Shown: piece after piece, positions 12,981-25,659 of the stretch
Layout: every line of letters begins with the position of its first letter
Position numbering within the stretch: position 1 is the stretch's first letter
DNA from: Octopus vulgaris
Taxonomy: Eukaryota
DNA: 64,000 nt
Direction: 5' to 3'
Assembly (NCBI GenBank): GCA_951406725.2
Contig: OX597817.1
Coordinates: 91,388,001 to 91,452,000, forward strand
Translations under genes and position numbers: made by a program
The notes under the pieces: generated by a model
Database searches by the model: none
What the model saw: the letters and a program-made list of their open reading frames with translations, nothing else
What the model was told of the DNA's origin: nothing

Positions 12981-14066
12981 TACTAGCAGTATCACCCGGT
13001 GTTGCTTGGGTTTGTTTTGGCCCTTCAGAATTGGAATTTTTGAAAAGTAAAAATTTTGCATTGTGCAACTTGTTATTCTCTTCAAGCGAACATTTTTCCA
13101 GTTGAAATACACCGAAAAATGGTGACTCAGCAGTCAAAAATCGTAAAAAATAGGGATTTTCATAGAAAAAAGGCACCTTTTTGATGTAAATAATTTTTGG
13201 TGCTGACATGGTCCGATTTGAATTTTATCTTCTACAGAATGAAGAGCAAGCCTTCTTCTATCATACTCTCAATTTTTATCAACTTGTGCTGCAGGGTCTC
13301 GAAGGAAATAGTGTTAGTTGAAGGCTACCAAACCTGCCGCACACAGACAACTTCAGCTTTATATATATAGATTTGCTACACACTACTTTCCATCCTTAAT
13401 AATGAAACTTGGTAGATCCAAAAGTTAAACACACAGACACTCAGATACACACACAGACACACAAGTTGAGTTTTATATATATAGATTTCTCAACAGGGAT
13501 TTCAGAGGAGAGTTTCAGGGAGTCGCTGGCGATGTATCGTGATGATCAAAAATCCAGCCTGCTAAAATTTGGTTAAAGTGATTCAAACTGCAGACTCAAT
13601 GCAAAATGGTCACATTTAATTCAAAGCATTAAAAATGTTATGAAAACAATTGGTATGTGTTCACAAAGTCCAAACGATTAATATGAAAAAACCCTCCAGG
13701 CTACATCCCGAAAATTCATTTCTTTGCCGAATTTCTACAATGTTTACAGCGATTTGTTTTTATATCTTGATTTTTTATTTTTCATGCAATTTACGCATTC
13801 TTGCATGCGTGGTGAACACAGTTCACATCATACAGCTGACTAAGTAAAGTTCACTATTCAATGCATGGGATAAGGCCTAAAAAAACACATTATCGATTTT
13901 TTGCACTTGCGAGATGAATTTCGGAACAGAAATAGTGCAGTTCAATTTTCATTCACCTAAACTTTAAGTGACCCATTTTTGTTGGTTCTACGATTTGTTG
14001 GCTAGGAGGAGATGTGCCAGGAAGATAAACACACAGACACACAAGTTGAGTTTTATATATATAGAT
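12981..14066 (+). mobile_element. Helentron/DINE-1-like non-autonomous rolling-circle elements, three tandem termini
   Basis: Starts tACTAGcagtatcaCCCGGtgttgctTGGG; ends cacagac...tttatatatatagat at 13372, 13486 and 14066. acacacagacacacaagttgagttttatatatatagat is identical at 13449-13486 and 14029-14066. Family assignment is from resemblance of the terminal architecture. Confidence 0.55.
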
Positions 14067-14134
14067 ATAAAATTTTTTGGGTAATGAGATAAAAACCAAG
14101 GCTGTGTAGATATTAGAACATTTATAGATAGAAG

Positions 14135-14186
14135 GTCTTATAGCTGTTTCCAGGGTATTTAATAATTATATCCCTTCATCGGAGAT
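14135..14186 (-). ncRNA. Degenerate type I minimal hammerhead ribozyme (Penelope-type)
   Basis: Minus strand: atct-CCGATGA-aggg(atataattattaaata)ccctg-GAAA-cagcta-TA-agac. The core has one U>C change and stem III is near-palindromic (cagctg-like). Confidence 0.5.
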
Positions 14187-14362
14187 GGTGTGAAAGTATG
14201 GTTAAGTAATAGTTAATTTAGGTAGGATACAAAATAGAGAGTGAGGTGGAGGAAAGAAAATAGATATGAGATATGTAGGGATATTGAATTTGTAGATCCA
14301 TTTTTTAGGCAGAATGGTATATATGTAAAATTCATCTTTGGGTCTCAACGACACCATTACCT

Positions 14363-14414
<52 letters not shown>

Positions 14415-14417
<3 letters not shown>

Positions 14418-15649
14418 GGGTTAGACAAAATAATAGAAACACCTTAAAATTTCTAACAAAGTAATTACAGCTTGAATTCTATGAGGTATGGATTCGTACA
14501 AAGTTTGAATGGTTTCCAAAGGAATTTTTGTCCATTTTTCAACTAAAACAGTCTCCAGTTCTTGTAGTGATGATGGTGGAGGATATTGAATCCTTACTTG
14601 CTTTTCTAAAATGCGCCATAGATGTTCAATAATATATAGATCTGGGGACTGTGGTGGCCAGATAAGATGTTCAACTTCACTAGAATGTTCCTCGTGCCAT
14701 TCAGTAACAACTTTAGATGTGTGAATTAGTGCATTATCATCCTGAAAGATTGCATTACCCTCCAGAAACAGTTCTGTAACCACAGGATGAATTTGATCAG
14801 ATAAAATGCTTAAACAGTTTAGACTATTAAATTCTGCTGTGAAGGGAAACCATTGGGCAGGTGGATTTCCAAGATATAGCCCCTCCCCCACCGATCATCA
14901 CAGATCTTCCTCCATGTTTAAAAGTTGGAAGAAGGCAGTCTGGGTCAATGCTTTTTTTTACTGTCTCCGCATATATACTTGGCTGGTGGTAGGAAAAGAG
15001 GTAAAGGATGACTTGTCCGAGAAAATAACATTCTTCCACTGCTCTAAGGACCAATTCTGTAGGTTTTTACTCCACTCTGAACACTTTGATACGTTTGTTT
15101 TTGAAAGTAGTGGTTTTCTGATTGCAGCCCTCCCATAAAATCCAGCTTTGTACAGCTCCCAGTGAACAGTTTTTGTGGAAACTGGGTTCTCGAGGTGGTC
15201 CTTAAGCTCTGCAATAATTGTGGGAGCTGTACTTTTGTGATCCTTTCTAACAATTCGCATAGGAGTCCAATGGTCCATATCTGAAAGTTCTGGTTTTCTT
15301 CCAGAGTTTTGTTTTGATGCAGAAGTTTTCCCCTCTTTCTCAAAGCTATCATTACTTTTGAGACAGTACTTCTTGATACACCAAACATTTCAGCTGTTTT
15401 CATTATGCTAGCACCTGCCATACAAGCACCAACAATTTGATCTCTTTGAAGTCCAATAGAGCTATCATTTTAATGAATTTTAATTACCTTTTTCTGATGA
15501 CATCTGTAAAGAAACAGCAATTTTAGCAAAACATATTAAGCAACACTAATAATAAATCAAATAACATAAAAATAAACAAGCTTTTGATGGTTTTATAGAT
15601 ATTTCAAAATTATGATGCTAACATGGTCCATTATTTTGTCCAATACCTG
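14415..15649 (-). mobile_element. Tc1-family (DD34E) DNA transposon, full length with frameshifted transposase
   Basis: TIRs caggggttagacaaaataatag / caggtattggacaaaataatgg flanked by TA; motifs KTAEMFGVSRSTVSK, RKPLLS, VIFSDKSSF, KHGGRSVMI, FQDDNALIH, WPPQSPDLYIIEHLW. Confidence 0.93.
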
Positions 15650-15799
15650 TATATACATACATACATATATATATATATATTGGCAATATGGCAAATTCAA
15701 AACTGTTCTTGCTTGTATATATGTACTCATATGCATTAGGTATGTCTTGTTCTTCATGACTTGCCCTCTTTTTATCTTTATTATTCTTTTGCAGATATT

Positions 15800-17205
15800 T
15801 ATATTAAATGAGTTAAAATAAGTAACCTGTTTGATTTCTAAGGAGGATAAATTGTTAGTGAATGGATGATTGGAACTTTAGTCACTAAAACTGCTGAATT
15901 GTTTAATGCTTCAAGAAGTACAAACTCTAAAGTAATTTGGAATCCCAAAACCAAGAAAGAAGCAGCTCTGGTGAACATAATTCTAGATAGAAGACAAATC
16001 TCACTGAGAGGGGTTGTAAAAGAGTGAGATGTATTGTGACTAAAAATACCAAAATACGGCAGCAGCAAAAGAGACAGCTGAGCTAAAACACCACCTTTTC
16101 AACCATGTGTCAACCAAAACTATTTGTTGTTAGCGTCATAGAGCTGAATACTATGAAAGAGATGGAGTCGCTAATTTTTCCTATTCCTCATCTATATTTG
16201 ATAAGCAGAGAAAAAATAGTGTCTAGATCAGGGGTTCTCAACCATTTTTATCTATGGAGTCCTTTGCTTGCTATTTCATTTTGCTGGAACCCCTACAGCC
16301 ATTCTATTTTTAAAGACAAGTCTTATAAAAACTTATTTCAAAATTACTATTTTGTCTTTCACACATTAACTTGTGTAGGTTGAATGATTTAAGATTAGTG
16401 AAAGAAGCCAAGCTGTTTCTTGCAATACATACCAATACATACTTCTAAAGCAAAATTTGTTCAGGGTCCCTTAAAGTTTTTTTGTGGATCCCAGTTTAGT
16501 ATTTTGCTGCGTGCCCACCCCTAATCTTGTATGGACTCTCAGGAGCCATACAGAATCCGATTGTGAACCACTGGTCTAGGCTATCAGATGTGGTCAAAAG
16601 CTAAATAGAACAATGTTATCTTCTCTTAAGAACCATCATTCACCCATTTTTCTCTACTTCAGTTTGAGTTTATGTCTGGACAGCTCAAAGACGGTTTGGA
16701 TCCTACTGGCAAGCATGGAGATGGTTCTGTGAGGATTTGGGCTGCCATATGATGAAATTCTCTGTCTTTACTTGTTCTACATGACAAATTTAACCCCAAA
16801 GACAATCTAAATATTTTGGCTGATCCTATCCATTCTATGGTAAAGACACTGTTCCTTTACATCAGTACAATTTTCAATGATTATAATCTACCATGTATTT
16901 TTTCAAAATTGGTACAAAGAGTACAAATGTGAAATAAACCACTTAGACTGGCCCTCCCTAATCACCAGCTTTCAATATAACAGAATATTTATAGTGTATT
17001 GTGGAACAACAAGTAAGGAGCCACTGAAAGAGCTAAAGCAAGATTTAATTGATGGATGGCTCAGAATCCTATTAACAATTGTTTAGAACCTGTACAAGTC
17101 AATTTCTCAACATATCAAATCTGTGCCTGAAGCCAAGTTGGACCAATTCCATATTAGTAAAACGTCCATTTAACACAGTATTTCTATTATTTTGTCAAAC
17201 TTCTG
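15800..17205 (+). mobile_element. Older degenerate Tc1 copy of a related family, interrupted by a hAT MITE
   Basis: IGTLVTKTAELFNASRSTNSKVI near 15870; KHGDGSVRIWAAI and NILADPIHSMVKTLF near 16710-16855; TIR-like tattattttgtcaaacttctg ending at 17205. Confidence 0.65.
16229..16573. mobile_element. hAT (Charlie-type) MITE
   Basis: TIRs caggggttctcaac / attgtgaaccactg; 8-bp TSD-like gtctagat / gtctaggc (NTCTAGAN consensus). Confidence 0.8.
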
Positions 17206-17544
17206 CATCTGTAATTATATAGTGTATTTTAATTTAAATTATATGACATGACCAGCATTCAAAACTCCTTGAACATTCTTATATACACATAAAAAAAAAG
17301 AAGAATGTGAAAAGAACTTGTATAATAGTTACAGTCATTGATACCATAACACTGTCTAATGTCAAGTATAAAACTTTAAAAAAATTATCTGTGTTAAATA
17401 ATCTTTGAAGATTTGATAATGTAATCTGCTTATATAGTTTTCCCTATATATTAATTATTATTTATAAAAATGTGTAAGATGACATAACTAAATAATTTAT
17501 GCAGTAGAACATGACTGTGATCATAGTTCAGTTGCTCATTACTG

Positions 17545-17925
17545 TTATGACTGTGTAGTTAAGAAGTTCCCTTCTAGCTACATAGTTTTAGATTCATTCC
17601 CCATATTATGGAACCTTGAGTAAGTGTCTTCTACTATAACTTCAAAGAAACTATACAAAGCCTATCAAACACACATCCATATGCACACACACATACACAT
17701 TTGTATGTATATGTGTGTGTTTGTGTCTCCTCATCTTGACATTGCATGATAGCTGTAAACAAGTCTCACCATCATACAAGTGGTGTCTTCGTTTCCAATC
17801 TTCCCTGAAAATACATCAATATTACCTTGCATGGAAACACGTGAGGGTTAGTGATTGGAAGAACATCTAACCATAACAAACCTGCCTCAACAAATTTAAT
17901 CTGAATCATGAAAAATGTAAACTTT
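17545..17925 (+). mobile_element. Degenerate tRNA/CORE-like SINE with RTE-like tail
   Basis: atgactgtgtagttaagaag...ttagattcattccc...ccttgagtaagtgtcttctactata...ggaaacacgtgagggttagtgattggaagaacatc. Confidence 0.55.
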
Positions 17926-17974
17926 AATCATTTTTCTTTTCCAGTATCACCCCTCACAAGCCCCCATAACCATT

Positions 17975-18232
17975 ACCATCATCATCATCATCTTCATCAT
18001 CTTCATCATCATCATCATCATCCTCATCATCATCCTCATCATCATCATCATCATCATCATCATCACCATCATCAACATCAATAGCAACAACTATTGTAGC
18101 AGCATCACCACCAACATCATCTTCACTCCCAACACCATCACAACTACCATAACTAAAACAATCACCACCACTACTATTATGACCATTACTGTCATTGCCA
18201 ACATGACCACTACTGACACCACCATCACCATC
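17975..18232. repeat. (CAT)n/(CAC)n microsatellite
   Basis: Direct reading. Confidence 0.9.
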
Positions 18233-18239
18233 TATATCT

Positions 18240-18625
18240 TCTAACTGATTCAGCCATCAGACTGTGGCAATGCTGGGACACAGCCTTGAACAATTTCAAT
18301 TTTTGTTTTTTAAAAGCCCGGTATTTATTGTATCTTCCTCTTTTGCCCAACTGTTAAGTTACGGGAATGCAAACAGCCCCAACACCAGTTGCCAAGCAGT
18401 GGTGTGGGACAAACACGGACACAAACACACATACACACACTATCACACACATACACAAACACATATACATATGTATATATGACAGTCTTCTTTCAGTTTC
18501 TGTCTACTAAATCCATTCAAGACTGAGGCTATAGAAGAAGATACCAGCCCAAAGCACAGGTGAATTGAATCCAGAACCATGTGGTTGGGAAGCAAGCTTC
18601 TTACAACACAGCCACACCTGCACCT
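18240..18625 (-). mobile_element. Degenerate CORE-like tRNA SINE
   Basis: Same motif order as 55806-56352; ends cacagccacacctgcacct (reverse complement of the head). Confidence 0.75.
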
Positions 18626-19217
18626 ATATGTAGAAATGTCATTTGTGTCTCCCATACACTACAAAGCACCACAACAAAAATAAGAAAATAATCATCACCA
18701 TCATCATTAGTTTTACATCTACTATTCTATGCTTGCATGGGTCAGATGAGATTTTGACGAGAAGTTTCTATAGCTGGACATCCTTCCTGATGCCACTCCT
18801 TAACTTGTTTCAAAGCAAAATAATTCTTTTGTCTATAAAAGGACGAACAGTTTGAACATGCTTTCACAGGGGACTGCAAACAAATGACACCACCTATACG
18901 AGCAGTGAGGCTTTTGTTTACAATCAGTGCACACATGGTATGACGCAAGCAAAATTCTTATTAAGACAGCCTTGTCTGTGCTTATGAAGTAGAAAATAAA
19001 CATTTTATACATTGTCATGACAAAGTGAAAGAGGAAGACACAAACATACACACACATATGCACACACATAGTGTTTGTGTACATGTGTGTGTGCACACCT
19101 TTGTCAGTGTATGTGTCTGGGTGTGTGTGAAATGTGAGAGTGTTTGTGTGTTTGAGTGTGTGTGTATAATGTAAGTGCATATGTATGTGTGTGTTTCTGT
19201 CTGTCTGAGTGTGTGTG

Positions 19218-19266
<49 letters not shown>

Positions 19267-19819
19267 AACTTTAGTTAGTCAGATGCTTAAAGAAGCATGT
19301 CTCCATTTATACTCAAATTAAATGTTCTTGTCTAGTACACTTACATGCACACATATGTACCCATGTATCTATATCTATCGGTATATATATTTAGTGTGTG
19401 TATATATATATGTACATGTATATATATATATATGGACTATGCATGTATATATGTGTGTGTATATATATATATATGCACACACACACATATACGTACACAT
19501 ATATGTATGTGTGTGTCTATGTAATGTATGCATAGATACATGTATATGCATACATACATATTGATTTTCAATATACCTTTGTTTCCAATTAGACAAGAGA
19601 AGCAAAAAGAAAATAAAAATACTGCAGATTCAATATTCTAGAGTCAATAGATGGTGGCAGGGGACATCGAGGAGTGGTGTTCAACCACCCCTACTCTTCT
19701 ACCCCTGACTCTAACTCCTTGTTTCACTCCCAGACTGAAAGGAGGACTTAGAAGAATATTTTAAAATGAGAGGACCTCTACCACCATACTAGCACTACCG
19801 CTACTGCTGTTGCTGCTGC

Positions 19820-20010
19820 TACATGCCAGTCAAAATGCTTAGTGGTATTTCATCCCTCTTTATGTTCTGAGCTCAAATTCCGCCAAGGTCAATGTGCTCT
19901 TCATCCTTTCAGGGTTAGTAAAATAAGTATCAGTTGAACATTGGAGGTCGATGTAACTGACCATTCCCCTCCCCCAAAACAACTGGTCTTGTGCCAAAAT
20001 TTAAAACCAA
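19820..20010 (+). mobile_element. Meta-like SINE
   Basis: aaatgcttagtggtatttc...ttctgagctcaaattccgccaaggtc...tcatcctttcagggttagtaaaataagtatcag. Confidence 0.7.
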
Positions 20011-21404
20011 TATAGAATAATAAATAGAAATAACAATATAGAACAAAAACATAAGAAGAAAGGATCTCTAAAATGGGGGAAGGGGTAGCCCATGTGTATT
20101 TTGAGGCACCTCCAATCAGAATCCAGGATAGCAAATGCTAATGTCTTCACTCATTTCTTGCTATGAACTTACAACCAGCTTGCATAGATCCATTTCACCA
20201 CACTAATTTCTTCTCACCCACGTTTCATATGATTTACTAGCAGGCATTGCCTCCCTTTCTACTAGTAAGCATACTAACAATATAGTTTGAAACCAATCAA
20301 TGTTTTTTTTTTTCTTTCAGTTTATAATATTCATCTTTCTTTCCCAGAGATGGTAGGTGGTTGTCTAAGAAAGAATTGATGCTGCAATTATTTTGGAATC
20401 ATTTACAAAAACTGCAAAAATCAGAATATTGCAAATACTCAGATGACACACACATTTATTCATAGCATTTTTACTGTTTTTTACCTCTTATTAATTATAT
20501 TTATCTATCTCTCTAATTTTATTTCAGAGATTTTTTTATTATTATTTGTTCTATTAAATACATTTATCTCCCTCTAAGACTACTTTTTTTCTATATCTAC
20601 GACTATATTTGTAGTATTTTATTTCTCACAATCTCTGTGGAAGTATTCTTCTGTAATTCTCTACTTTGCCATGTCTTTTTATTTCTATTATTGGATGGTT
20701 TTATGCGTTATTTTCTGGGTTTTGATTTTGTAATGGTTTCTTATCTTTATTAACATATTTTTTGATATTTTTTCCTGATATCTTATTGCTTTATTTTTAT
20801 TGTAATTTTGTATTTTTGCTGTATTTTGTGATGTGTACAGAAGGGTGGTAAAATTAATCTTCGGAAAATATATACGAACATAATTTGGATGTATATATGC
20901 ATGTGTGTAAGCATATATTCACATATATATGAAAGCGAGTATGTGTACCAAGACATTGCAAGTATGTGTAAGTGTATACACATACACATGCACATACACA
21001 CATAAATATGCACATGTTAATGAACAGGAGAAAAGTACTTGATACCATAGTAGAGTAGAATAATGTTTTGTCTCATTTCATAGCCTAGTTTGTTTTCTTG
21101 TTTAAGGAATTGGTTCCCCATTGAAGAGTCCAAAGCAACAAATCTTCCCGATCAGCTGTACTTCACAATCATGTGATTTCATATTTGATTCCACTGTGTC
21201 AGACATTGCATAAGTATCTTCTGCCAGAGCTGGGTGTTCATCAATAACTTGTAAATGTAAGTTGCAGTAAATTGTATAACTGATGATAATGATGATGATA
21301 ATGTTAATGATATATAGCAGGCATGGTGTTCGGATCCTGTGAGTGATATTACATCCTATTGGTGATATTACATTTTTTGCTTTTTCTTCAGTAGCCTCAT
21401 AGCC

Positions 21405-21669
21405 ATGAGCTACATGCACTGATATGGACATGTCCTCCACCTTATGCCAGATCGTCTCACCAGATGATCTGGCAAGTGGTAAGAAGCCCTAAGGCAGCCT
21501 ATGTGGCAGGAAGATCTCCAGAAGCTCAATGTCACCTTGGAGGATACAGAATGGTGGCTGGCATAGGACTGCCAGTGATGCGGAGCACTGACAGGCTTGG
21601 TCAGCTCTATGCACAATGATGTCTCTGGGACTGCTAACCTAGGATTACCCCAGCCCCATTGAGCAAGAA

Positions 21670-21714
<45 letters not shown>

Positions 21715-21715
21715 G
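21405..21715 (+). mobile_element. Degenerate RTE-like LINE 3' fragment with (GA)n tail
   Basis: Translation LH*YGHVLHLMPDRLTR...WQEDLQKLNVTLED..LA*DCQ* resembles the RTE C-terminal RLRWYGHV...DR.W region. Confidence 0.55.
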
Positions 21716-21744
21716 GAGATTGGGAAATATATAGACACACACAA

Positions 21745-21900
21745 CAGTCAGCTGAAAAGTTTGTATACTGACCAAAATACTCTCATGGAATATGACCAAA
21801 AGTGGTTCAGTTTTCAACATAGTCCCCCATGTGGTTCACACACTTTTATCAGTGTTGCAGTGGTTGGATCCCATTGGTGAAGAGGTTTTCATCCTGTTCA
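21745..21900 (-). mobile_element. mariner 3'-end fragment
   Basis: Minus translation GIQPLQH**KCVNHMGDYVEN resembles the mariner C-terminus (GI..L..RW.KCV...GDYVE). Confidence 0.55.
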
Positions 21901-22390
21901 TCAAAAAACATCATCAACAACAGATATAACATCATCATCACTGTTTATATTGCTAGCTCATTGGCTAATCGCAACACCAGCACCTGTTCTGATACTGTTA
22001 TCCTATATATTATTGGCAGAGAAATGAGTCACTGCCATCTCTAGCAGTCGAGTGTCCATCATTGACAAGACCAAGGAAGGTTGAAATCACATGATCTGGT
22101 GGTCTCAACACTGGAAGTGGTGGGGATTTATCTCTCTGCTGGTGCCATAAACAAGAGTGCATTTTGCACCAAAAGCCAATATGAGATGTTTTCTCAAGAA
22201 TTAAACAGAAGCATGTGACAAAGAAACAAATGGAAAATTCATGCACAAGACAGGCATATGCTCTTTCTTCATCAATTATCATTCAAAAGATCATTACATA
22301 TATATATATATATTTATTTGTGTTTGTTTGATAAGTGCTAATGCCCTTGAGTCATTCTGTTGCTTCTGCTAAATATATATATATATAAAA

Positions 22391-22675
22391 ATTAAATTAG
22401 AGATAAAACCACTATTAGGCAAATCAAACAATGAAAAACATAAACCAAAACATAAAAATAAAAATAATTAATATAATATACAAAATATAAAATATAAAAT
22501 ATACAAAATATAAAAAATATATATACACTCATAAATTGAGTTCTATCATATTTTCCCTGTTCGCCTTTATACTTTTGATATATATTTAAAATAATATAAA
22601 TTAATTAATTTTATGTATTGGCTTATGTTTTCCATTGTTTGATTTGCCTAATAGTGGTTTTATCTCTAATTTAAT
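22391..22675. repeat. Inverted repeat, ~67-bp arms (22391-22457 / 22609-22675)
   Basis: attaaattagagataaaaccactattaggcaaatcaaacaatg..cataa.ccaa.acataaaa and its reverse complement, few mismatches. Confidence 0.9.
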
Positions 22676-22785
22676 ATAATATAATATAATATATTTATAC
22701 TATAAAATTGGATTTAATCCTAAATCTGATTTTTCCCTGTAAGTTTGGATTTATTCCCTAATATTTTATTATTTATATATATATA

Positions 22786-23015
22786 TTTCTTTATTGCTCA
22801 CAAGGGGCTAAACATAGAGGGGACAAACAAGGACAGACAAAGGGATTAAGTCGATTACATCGACCGCAGTGTGTAACTGGTACTTTATTTATCGACCCCG
22901 AAAGGATGAAATGCAAAGTCAACCTTGGCGGAATTTGGACTCAGAACATAATAGCAGACGAAATACAGCTACGCATTTCACCCGGCGCACTAACGTTTCT
23001 GCCAGCAGCTCGCCT
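22786..23015 (-). mobile_element. tRNA-derived Meta-like SINE, near full length
   Basis: Minus: ggcgagctgctggcagaaacgttag...gttctgagtccaaattccgccaaggttgactttgcatttcatcctttcggggtcgataaataaagtaccag...taaagaaat. Confidence 0.85.
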
Positions 23016-23051
23016 TATATATATATATATATTTATATATATATGTATATA

Positions 23052-23102
<51 letters not shown>

Positions 23103-23467
23103 AAAGCTAAATAAAGAGAGGCTGAAGGAGAAAAAGTGGAGAAAGTATAGAGTATCAGGAGTGTGGGGCGATAGACTAATGTAGAGGAAAAGTAATAATA
23201 ACTAGCTGGACCCGTGAAAACTTCAAAGGGAACATAAAAAATGTAAGCATCAGTAAATTGTATGCTGGTGCCATGAGAGATGTTTCTATATTGCGACACT
23301 TACAGAATATAGAAAGAAGGGTAAAACTGAAAACTATATTATCCAACCAAAATATCTCAGTGATGCAAATGTCAACAAAATGACTATTTAGCCTTATAAT
23401 ACATCATACATATTCAAAGAACCTTCTTGGTTTAGTGGTATGGAACATTCTTCTGGTATATTTTAAT

Positions 23468-23790
23468 TCTTTTGCTTGTTTTAGTCATTTGACTGTGGCC
23501 ATGCTGGAGCACCTCCCTTTATTCGAAGAAATCGACTCCTTGAATTGTTCTCTGTAAGCCTGTTGCTTATTCTATTAGTCTTTTATGCTGAACTGCTATG
23601 TTACAGGGATGCAAACACACCAACATCAGTTGTCAAGCAATGGAGGTGGGAGTACAAACACAGATACAAATACACACATACGCACACAAACACACACACA
23701 CATACATGACGTGCTTCTTTCAGCTTCTACCTACCAAATCCACTCACAAAGCTTTAGTCAACCTGAGGCTACAGTAGAAGACACTCTATA
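23468..23790 (-). mobile_element. CORE-like SINE, head-truncated
   Basis: gtcatttgactgtggccatgctggagcacc...ctaccaaatccactcacaaagcttt...agtagaagacact. Confidence 0.75.
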
Positions 23791-24304
23791 AAGTATAGAG
23801 TTGAATTCTGTGTAGCCATCTGTTGGCAACTTTTCTCCCCCACCCATTTTGTAGGGGTATTAGCCATTTTTCTGGGGTTTTTTCGCAGCTACACCCCATT
23901 CAAAATTTGTATTAGTTTTTGTATGAAAATAAAAAGTGGAAGTAGGGGGGGGGGCTTCTTTGTAGTTTGTAGAGAAAATGTTAAACATGCCTGAAAAAAA
24001 TCATTGCTTTTCCAGCCAACAAAAAGATATGAAAAACTATCAAACAAGGCAAATAAGTACCGGAGGTGGGGGAAAGAAGAGAGAACTAACACTTGATCCT
24101 TCTAGAACTCCCAGAAAGAAAATCTAAACACGTGAAAGTCTTACCCTCTATTTGTTACTAAATCTCTTTCCCCCTTCTTCATTGTTACAAGTCAAGAAGC
24201 TAGAAAAAGATTGATCATATTTAAGTCTGATTGTCATTTTAAATGACTGAGGCTTTCCTTTCCCTGTCCCTATCGCTTCACTCCTTTTCTCTATGGTTAA
24301 GAGA

Positions 24305-24617
24305 GTGAAAGTGCATGGCTCAGTGGTTAGGGGTATTCGGCCCATGATCGTAAGGTCATGAGTACAATTCCCAGTGTTCTTGAGCAAGGCACTCTACTTC
24401 ACCTTGCTGCCGTCCACTCAGCTGACAAAAATGAGTTCTAGCTGTAATTCAATGGAGCCAGCCTTATCGCATTCTGTGTGAGGCTGAATTTTCCTGAGAA
24501 CTACATTAATGGCATGCATGTCTGTGGAGTACTCAGTCACTTATACATTAATTTTATGAGCAGACTGTTTCGTTGATCAGATAAACAGGAACCTCATTGT
24601 TGTAACCAATGGAATGT
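24305..24617 (+). mobile_element. Third tRNA-derived SINE family (related pieces at ~5200-5535, ~9005-9210 minus, 24941-25085)
   Basis: tggctcagtggttagg (A box)...gagtacaattcc (B box)...cttgagcaaggcact...gtccactcagctg.caaaaatgagt; the 3' part recurs at 24941-25085. Confidence 0.7.
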
Positions 24618-25659
24618 TATTTTTGGAAAAAAATGAAAGAAAAAGAAATGTTTCATATTGTATGTCATGTGTTTAGTATAAGCAGTGAAAGCTAAGACAA
24701 TAAAATTGCTATTCCATCATGTAGTGACTTCACCCTTATCTCAAGCTCAGTTTGATAACAACACCCTGTGCATTGGTGTTTATCTGGGGGTTTGGCCTCC
24801 AGGTCTGTGAGACCCACAAATGCTGCTGTTAAGACTGGACTAACACCCATAGTGACCCTAACAATTAAAAAAGATTTTCTTGCCCCTATATAGGATATTT
24901 TTCATTTTCTTCCAACCACTTGAAGGATTATCTTGCTCCTGTCCACTCAGCTGGCCAAAATGAGTCGTAGCTGTAATTCAAAGAGATCAGCATTGTCACA
25001 CTCTGTGTGAGGCTGAATCTTCCTGAGAACTACGTTAATGGTATGCATTTCTGTGGAATACTCAGCCACTTGTGCGTTAATTTTATCCTCATGTGGTAAT
25101 GAAAAGTAGAAGTGACATCCAATATTTGCTGTAGTTATTTGTCTTTGATTTAACAATGTGTCTATGTATCTATGTATTTATGTACCTACTTTTCTTTTCT
25201 TTTCAGCCACTACTCACTGTCTCTCTTACAATCTCTCTCTCTCTCTTGTCTCACTTCCTCTCTGTCCCTCCTCTCTCTCACTGTTAATTTAACAATGTGT
25301 GTATGTATCTATGTATGTATCTACTTTTCTTTGTATGTATGCATCAATCTATTCTAAAAATGCTGATAAACATTTAAAAACAAAAAAGGAACGCCACCTT
25401 CCTTTCAGTCACTACTCACTGTGTCTCAATTTCTCTCTTTCTCTCTCACTTCTTCTCTGTCTCTCCTGTCTCCCACTTTGCCACACACTTCAACTATACC
25501 TCCTCTGCTTAACAACTTTTATTTCCCTTTTTCTTTCTATCTCTCCCATCAATCTTTTTACCTCTTCCTTTGAAGTAAGTGTAACACACACCACATGTAC
25601 GTACATATGTATGTAAAAAAGCAAAGTTAGCATATTGATATTATTGATGATGATGATAA

